This document shows, piece by piece, positions 56,858 to 64,000 of a stretch of DNA of 64,000 nt. This stretch comes from Octopus vulgaris (Eukaryota), in the NCBI GenBank assembly GCA_951406725.2, contig OX597816.1, positions 38,254,001-38,318,000 on the forward strand. Direction: 5' to 3'. The notes beneath the pieces are model-generated. The model worked only from the letters and a program-made list of their open reading frames with translations, did not search any database and was not told where the DNA came from. How positions within the stretch are numbered: position 1 is the stretch's first letter; each line of letters begins with the position of its first letter. The translations under genes and the position numbers were made by a program.

Positions 56858-57314
56858 TACGACGGGCTTCTTTCAGTTTCCGTCTACCAAATCTACTCAC
56901 AAGGCTTTGGTCGGCCCGAGGCTATAGTAGAAGACACGTGCCCAAGGTGCCACGCAATAGGAATGAACCCGGAACCTTGTGGCTAGTAAGCAAGCTACTT
57001 ACCCCGCAGCCACTCCTGCGCCTTTATTTACATTATTTACATTCGACGGATATTAACCACTACGCCATATGCCCACAGGCATATGGCGTAGTGCTTAAGA
57101 GCGCGGGCTCCAAACCCCAAGATTCCGAGTTCGATTCCAAGCAGTGACCAGAACAACAACAACAACAACAACAAAAATACCTTAGGAATGAGAACTCAGG
57201 TTCGAAATTTCCCCAAGACACCTGAAGAAGGCTGGAGGGTATAACAACCGAAACGTGTTAGCAACAAACAAGATGAGGACAAATATCCGTCGAATGTAGA
57301 TAATGTAAATAATG
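56534..57314 (+). mobile_element. Composite tRNA-headed hammerhead SINE (family H3) with an inverted 5' partial copy and 13-bp TSD
   Basis: TSD TACTTACGTTGTT (56521-56533, 57315-57327). Main unit 57078-57314 has A box TGGCGTAGTGC, B box GAGTTCGATTCC and a hammerhead-like motif at 57218-57260. Inverted 3'-end and 5'-end pieces lie at 57024-57073. Confidence 0.75.
56571..57022 (-). mobile_element. SINE family A inserted into the inverted arm of the H3 element
   Basis: Full family A reverse complement, splitting tgtacatta|tttacattatttac. Confidence 0.9.
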
Positions 57315-57349
57315 TACTTACGTTGTTACTGTCTAACCCCACACCATAG

Positions 57350-58024
57350 GATCTTTTCTGTTTGACTGCAGTTTTTGAAATTTTAAAATTAAAGAAAATT
57401 TTGAAATTTGGTGTATCGATGTCATTTTTCACGCTGAATCCCAGAGGCTAGTTCACTTGTTCCAGAAAAAATATTTTTAAAAAAAGTTACAGAGGTTTGA
57501 TCATTTTTTTACCCAGTCAGAAAACAGGATTTGGAAGCTGTCATTTTGTGCGCGACTGCAATCGTAAGACGACAAACCAATGATGTCGACATTGCAATGA
57601 TAGTATACGTTTTAAGCGTTTAATAAACGAAAATTATCAAAAAACGAGTAAGCAACACATAATTTGTGGTTTTAAGCATTCAAGAGATGGATATCGAAAA
57701 TGAAACGTAAAATATCCAAAAACAGCAACAGATGGATACAAGCAGGAAAATATAAATTTGTAAACGCTCGTGGGTTTTCGTAAAGAGTTCCAACGCTTGG
57801 CTTGTTACTATGGAAATAGGTACCTATATGACTGTGGCTTTCAACTGGTTAAACTTACCTAAAATGTGAAAACTTTAAAAGATATTAACTTTATTTATTG
57901 GTTTATGGCGTAAATGAATTTTATGTCAATAAATAGCATACAAAACTACATCAATACAACTAATATGAAATTAAATGGAACAAAATTGAAGACATTGAAA
58001 AGTGGCAGCCAAACAGAAAAGATC
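57350..58024. mobile_element. Non-autonomous TIR DNA element
   Basis: gatcttttctgtttgactgc (57350-57369) is inverted as gcagccaaacagaaaagatc (58005-58024); AT-rich non-coding interior; TSD not resolved. Confidence 0.55.
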
Positions 58025-58364
58025 TCTTTCAACGTTTCAAACGCAACTGTTTCGTCTTTTAAGATATTAAGATTTGTAATTGAGCGAAATTTGGCTGCTA
58101 TTTCTGGCAGACTGAATGACCACATAAATGATCATTCGTTGACTTGTTGTTGTTGTTGCTGTTATTGTTGTTGTAGCTGTTGTAGTTGTTGTTATTGTTG
58201 TTTAACTTAAGGATAACTTGGATCCAGCAGACCTTTTCATCAAACGCCTACGAACAGTAACGGCCAGATATTTTTCTCCTTCGCAGATGGCACACAACTA
58301 CATTACTGAATATATCCTCACCCATATTTCTTTAAAGACGTGGGGTTTAAAAAAAATATATATC

Positions 58365-58677
58365 TTTTACTTCTTTCGATCATTGGAATGCAGCCACATT
58401 ACTGGAGTACTGCCTTGAAGAGTTTTAGTCGAACGAATCGACACTAGTACTTATTCTTATTATAGTCTAGTATTTATTTTATCGGTCTGTTATGTCGAAC
58501 CTCTAAGTTAAGGTGATGTAATCAAATCAACGCCAGTTGTCACACGATAGTGGGGTACAAACATACACACATATACATACATATTTAGATATACATACAT
58601 ACACTCACACACATACGTACGCACATACATACATGCATGCATGCATACATACATACATACATACATACATACATACA

Positions 58678-58709
<32 letters not shown>

Positions 58710-58878
58710 AATAAAGCGGGCTTCTTTCAGATTCCGTCTACCAAATCCAGTCACAAGGCTTTGGTCAGCTTGGGACTATAGTAGACGATCCTTGTCCAAG
58801 GTGCCGCGCAGTGTGACTGAACCCGGAACCATGTAATTGGGAAGCAAATTTATTACCACACAACCCGGCCCGTGCCTG
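58365..58878 (-). mobile_element. Diverged SINE family A copy with internal (TACA)n
   Basis: Degenerate reverse complement of family A. Confidence 0.75.
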
Positions 58879-59177
58879 ATAGTAATAGTTTTGGAAGATT
58901 TGGCTGTTATTTCTACCATTCTTTTTTTTTTCTGTCCATGAGTACCGTGTATTTAAAGAGAGCTTAATTAAATGTGCCTTCTTGTAAGAGATATGGTTGC
59001 TACTTCTAGCAAATCGAACGACCGCATAGAGACGTCTTCGATTATATATGTTGCTGTATTTTGTAATTCCTCTTCGTAATTCCTAACCCTAATACTGCCC
59101 CTTCTCTTACCCATTTAGGGATTTTTTGGATTTTGTTTTTGTGTTGTTTTATTTATTCTGTTCTGTTTTACGAGTCT

Positions 59178-59234
<57 letters not shown>

Positions 59235-60309
59235 TTAGATTTTCCTTTGGGGGGCTGCCCAGATCGGAGCAATCTCAAGATTAATCAGCCGAAATTGCGA
59301 AGATGATCTGGTTCTTGACTGATGACTGAGGGCTTCGAATGTCCCGTCCTGTGGTTCTTGTGTCGTCTCTTTGGTGTTTCATGTTCTTGTCCATGTCTGT
59401 ATTTATTTTTTACTGTTTACATATATATACATATATATATATATGTGTGTGTGATAAATTACTTGTCTGTCTCTCGCTAATGTCAACGGTGACGTTGCGG
59501 ATGACTGACCACGTGAACTCTGACTTCACCAACAGACCTCAGATTTTTTTTCTTTTTTGCTTTCTTTCTTTCCAAACTTCCACCCATTTCTCTCTTTCCT
59601 CTCTACCCTCTTTCTCTGTCTGTCTGTCTGTCTCTCACTATATATATTGCGTTCTTGTCCCAGTTTGTATTTTTTACATATATATTTTTTACAAAAAAAA
59701 AAAAAAAAATTTCCATATCTATATTTCATTCCTCTTTCCGTCTTCCAGTCTCCATAGATCACTCAATGGACTTTTTTTTTCTTTTTTTTTCTGTCTAGAA
59801 TCATACCCTACAATTTTGGAATCACTGCAATCTTACCCTCTCGCCCTCACATCCTTCAAGTTTTTTTCTCAACCACCAAACCATAACTGCCGCCGTCCTA
59901 TACTGTAAAACTACCGTCGTCACCATCAATAGTGCTGCACCAACACTACCCTCACCTAAACCAACACCAATATTAACGAGTCAATGAAAGAGAAGTTATG
60001 TGGATAGTTACGCTTGGAACGTCTTTGATCATAGGTCTGCTCCGTTAGGTTAACCCGGGGCTAGATAATAACGATTCTACAAAACTCAGGTACGACTCAA
60101 AATGAAGTATTACTACATACTCAAACGTCCTTGACCACATCCAGAGAAGGGTTACCTGCAGGGCCGGATTAAGACCCATAGGAACTCTAAGCCCTTAAAA
60201 GATTCCGGTGTCCCCATATATAATTCAAAATATAAACAATAATATACCATAAAATATTTTTTTTATTTTTCAAAATGAAACAAAAACAACAGTAATAAGG
60301 AAAATAATA

Positions 60310-60703
60310 CTCTTTACTCTTTACTCTTTTACTTGTTTCAGTCATTTGACTGCGGCCATGCTGGAGCACCGCCTTTAGTCGAGCAAATCGACCCCGGGAC
60401 TTATTCTTCGTAAGCCCAGTACTTATTCTATCGGTCTCTTTTGCCAAACCGCTAAGTTACGGGGACGTAAACACGCCAGCATCGGTTGTCAAGCAATGCT
60501 AGGAGAACAAACACAGACACACAAACACACACATACATATATATATATACATATATACGACAGGCTTCTTTCAGTTTCCGTCTACCAAATCCACTCACAA
60601 GGCATTGGTCGGCCCGAGGCTATAGTAGAAGACACTTGCCCAAGGTGCCACGCAGTGGGACTGAACCCGGAACCATGTGGTTGGTAGACAGGCTACTTAC
60701 CAC
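60310..60703 (-). mobile_element. SINE family A full-length copy
   Basis: Runs from the tail tctttactctttactcttttac to the head ctacttaccac. Confidence 0.9.
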
Positions 60704-62342
60704 TATTTTCGTATACTTCCACTTGATCTATATTTGAGAAGTTTGCATTTAGTTTTTCTAATTGCAATCTTTGATCAGATCCTCAAAATTAATCTTACGT
60801 AGCACATAATTATAATTTATAATTATATTTCTGATATAAGGTGGTGAACCGGTAGGATCGTCCCCCACACCACCGGGCAAAATGCTTTATCTTTACGTTC
60901 TGTGTTCAAATGCTGTCGAGGTCGTCTTTGTCTTTCATCTTTAAGGGGTCACTAAAGTAAGTACCAGTTGAATACTAGGGTAGCTGAAGTCGACCAACCC
61001 ATTTCCTCAAATTTCAGGCGTTGTGCCTATAGTAGAAAAGATATTCTCGATCATATAATCCACTTCGAATATTATTTTAGCAGGTTTAATGTGATTTCTT
61101 TTGTGCCGTAAACCATTTACTATTTCTGAGGTGCTCCTCACACACCTCCCTTGATGCTCTAAGCACGTGCTTATTTCTTTTAATAGTTAATCCAGCACCA
61201 GCCACCTCACTGATTACCGTAAAGTCATTCATCGATCTATCCTCTGGCACACAGTTGCTGTTTCCTCCTCTCGCTTTTTTTTTCATCATAACTGTAATGG
61301 CCTTTGCTCCTCATAGCGAGCTAGAGTTATACCATCTCCCCTCTGACATTCCTGACCCATTTATCTTTCCTTTTCTCATATCTTTGTTGTGTCCGAACCG
61401 CCCTATCCTTCAGACCTTGCACTAGTGACATGCCAGGGTATGTGCCACTCGGGGCAAACCTTGAGTTTTCCACACCCTCGGACCCACCTCAGCCTCCCTA
61501 CAGGGCCCCCACTAGGCCCCCATCGGTACAGGCTTGTATAGCAGACCCAAAATGTGCCACTCCCATAAAAGCGTCACCCGAAGCGGACCGTCACAACCGG
61601 GTTCCCACCAGCTACATTACTTTCCTGCATTAACAGTCCTTTTTTTTTCTCCATAGGTCCTCCCTCTGGAATTCCTCGCTGCTTATGTCTTTCCCGCAAG
61701 TATTGACTTACAATGATTCTAGAGGAACACTTATAGCTTCAGTCTCAGAGGTGAAGGAGGGCTTAAGAAAGGTATGTACTCTCCGCCTTCCGCTAACCCC
61801 AGAAGACAACATTGACACTGCAACACTGCATTACCCCACGATTACCTTTTCTCTTGTCTTTGGTATCTCATATCTATTGAGACCACGGATTTGTATTAGT
61901 AAGGCGTGGTGATGCAACATTTGAATGACCTCGCCAAGGCGTACACCTGGGCAGGGTTGTACGGAAAACCTACAGTTGTCCGTATTAGCAATCTCCTTCC
62001 ATCGTGCAGACCTTGCCCTGCAAAGAGAATGGCAGGAACCAGTGCATCTTGGTACCAGAGTTATTGCAGAAATTGGCAGAATGAAGCAGAAGACAACGAC
62101 AAACTACCTTAGGGATGCCAAATTTTAATTGATATTCTCTTAAATCGACCACTGTACTTAACTGGTACTGGTACTTTTTATATAAGCACCGGAAAGAAGA
62201 TAAACAAAGCTGACTTTAGCAGGGTTTCATAGCAAAACATAGAGCCGGAACTAACAACGCAAAGCATTTTGTCCGACACTTTTACGGTTCTTCCATCAAT
62301 TGCCTTTTTACGAAAAACACCACCACTACAAGCATCAATATT

Positions 62343-62558
62343 GGCGGTGAGCTGGCAGAAACGTTAGCACGCCGGGCGAAATGCTTAGCGGTATTTCGTC
62401 TGCCGTTACGTTGTGAGTTCAAATTCCGCCGAGGTCGACTTTGCCTTTCATCCTTTCGAGTACCAGTTACGCACTGAGGTCGATGTAATCGACTTAATGC
62501 CTATGTCTGTCCTTGTTTGTCCCCTCTGTGTTTAGCCCCTTGTGGGTAATAAAGAAAT
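62343..62558 (+). mobile_element. SINE family B young copy with 13-bp TSD
   Basis: AAGCATCAATATT at 62330-62342 and 62559-62571. Confidence 0.9.
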
Positions 62559-62974
62559 AAGCATCAATATTTCCACCACCATCTCAACCAACGCCCCTGC
62601 TATCACAACCACTATCACCACCACCACTAACAACAATGACAGCAAGAACAACACCAAAACGACTACTACCTACACCATCATCACCACTGCCAAATTCCTT
62701 TTAAGCTTTTTAGGGGTTTACAGAAGATGATAACGCTGAAGTCAATCAAGCTGTGTTTGATATTGATCACAATTAAGCGGTTAGACCAGTGAACATGGGC
62801 CCTAAACCGAAGAACTGGCCAATGAAGTCCCGATGAAAACATTTGAAGAAGGCTGACAGGAACGAGAAGTCCCAGATCAGAAAATTTTGAGGTATGATCT
62901 AACTGATGCGTTTAATTTATTGAAGCAGATGCTACAAGACCATTTTATAATGCGAAAATAAAAAGCTCTGTTCG

Positions 62975-63350
62975 ATGGCTTTGTGGTTAAGAAGCTCGCT
63001 TTGCAACTACGTAGTTTCAAGTTCAAACCTACTACGCGGCACCTTGGGGAAGTGTCTTCTACTATAGCATCGAGCCGACCAATGTTTTGCGTCTGATTTT
63101 GGTGGACAGAAATTGTGAAGAGGCACGTCGTATATACGTGTGTGTGTTTGTGTTGCGTTTGTTTTTTCCCTCACTGCTTGACGACTTTTGTTGGTTTGTT
63201 TACGTTCCTGTAACTAAGCGATTCGGCGAAAGAAACCTTAGAATAAGTTCCAGACTTTAAAATAAGTGCTGAAGTCGATTTGGTCCACTAAAACTTTCGA
63301 GACAGTGCCCCGGCGTTGCCGTAATCCAAAGACTGGAACAAGAAAAACAT
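62975..63350 (+). mobile_element. Old diverged SINE family A copy
   Basis: Degenerate head and caccttggggaagtgtcttctactatagc body. Confidence 0.7.
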
Positions 63351-64000
63351 AAATATTCGTTGGTGTTTATTTCAAGAAATACAGTTCGGAAATTAACTCT
63401 GATCAGCAAAATCTAACTTTGATTGTCCAGCAATAGAATCTATTCCTACACATCAGTGTCAAGACCATCCTTTCTGGTACCAAGATCATCCTCTCTAATA
63501 CCAAAACCATCATCATCTTCAGCAGGAGCTATCTTATTGTTTTTTTCCCCCGTATTTTAAAATTAATATTTCAGTTATTGGTATTATTAAATTAATATTT
63601 TAATTATTCGTTTCAAATTTTGGCACTAGGTCAGCAATTTCGGGGGAGGGCTATAGTCGATTACATCGACCCTAGTTTTCAACCAGCATGGTACTTCTTT
63701 TATCGAGCTCGAAAGGATGAAAGGCAAAATCGACCTTGGCGGGATTTCACCTCAGAACATAAAGACGTAAAGACGAAATGCTGTTAAGTATTTTACCCAG
63801 AGTGCTAACGATTCTTTTCTAATCTAGGCACAAGGCCCGACATTTTTGGTGAGGGGGCCAGTCAATTAGATCAACTGCAGTACGCAACTGGTACTTAATT
63901 TCTCGACCTCGAAATTAGCAGTTCGGCAATTTTTTTTTAATAGACACTGGGTTGATCTGTTCGACTAAAACCCCAGAGGCAGTGTCCCTGCATATCCGCA

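Noticed and set aside
60159-61200. Possible hAT MITE (CAGGGCCGGATTAA ... TTAATCCAGCACCA)
   Set aside because: The right end matches poorly and there is no clean 8-bp TSD.

Overview
AT-rich, microsatellite-saturated animal genomic DNA. The SINE content and the (TA)n/(CA)n/(TACA)n density suggest an octopus or other coleoid cephalopod (inference). Almost all of the supplied ORFs are translations of simple repeats. One real host exon is visible: the first coding exon of a Gbx/unplugged-type homeobox gene (29217-30045, minus strand). Its homeobox exon is not in the window, which implies an intron over 29 kb. The rest is mobile DNA: four tRNA-headed SINE families (several copies with 8-18 bp TSDs), a decayed Ty3/Gypsy element with an internal inversion, a LINE ORF1 remnant, a Merlin-like MITE and another TIR element. 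The most striking signal is about ten type I hammerhead-ribozyme-like motifs carried by several short non-coding repeat families. These repeats abut (TA)n tracts and often form inverted or fold-back pairs, as Penelope-like elements do. One is a tRNA/Pol III-headed SINE with a hammerhead and an inverted terminus, and a Penelope-type endonuclease C-terminal remnant lies at 6.4 kb. All calls were made by eye; nothing was searched or folded computationally.
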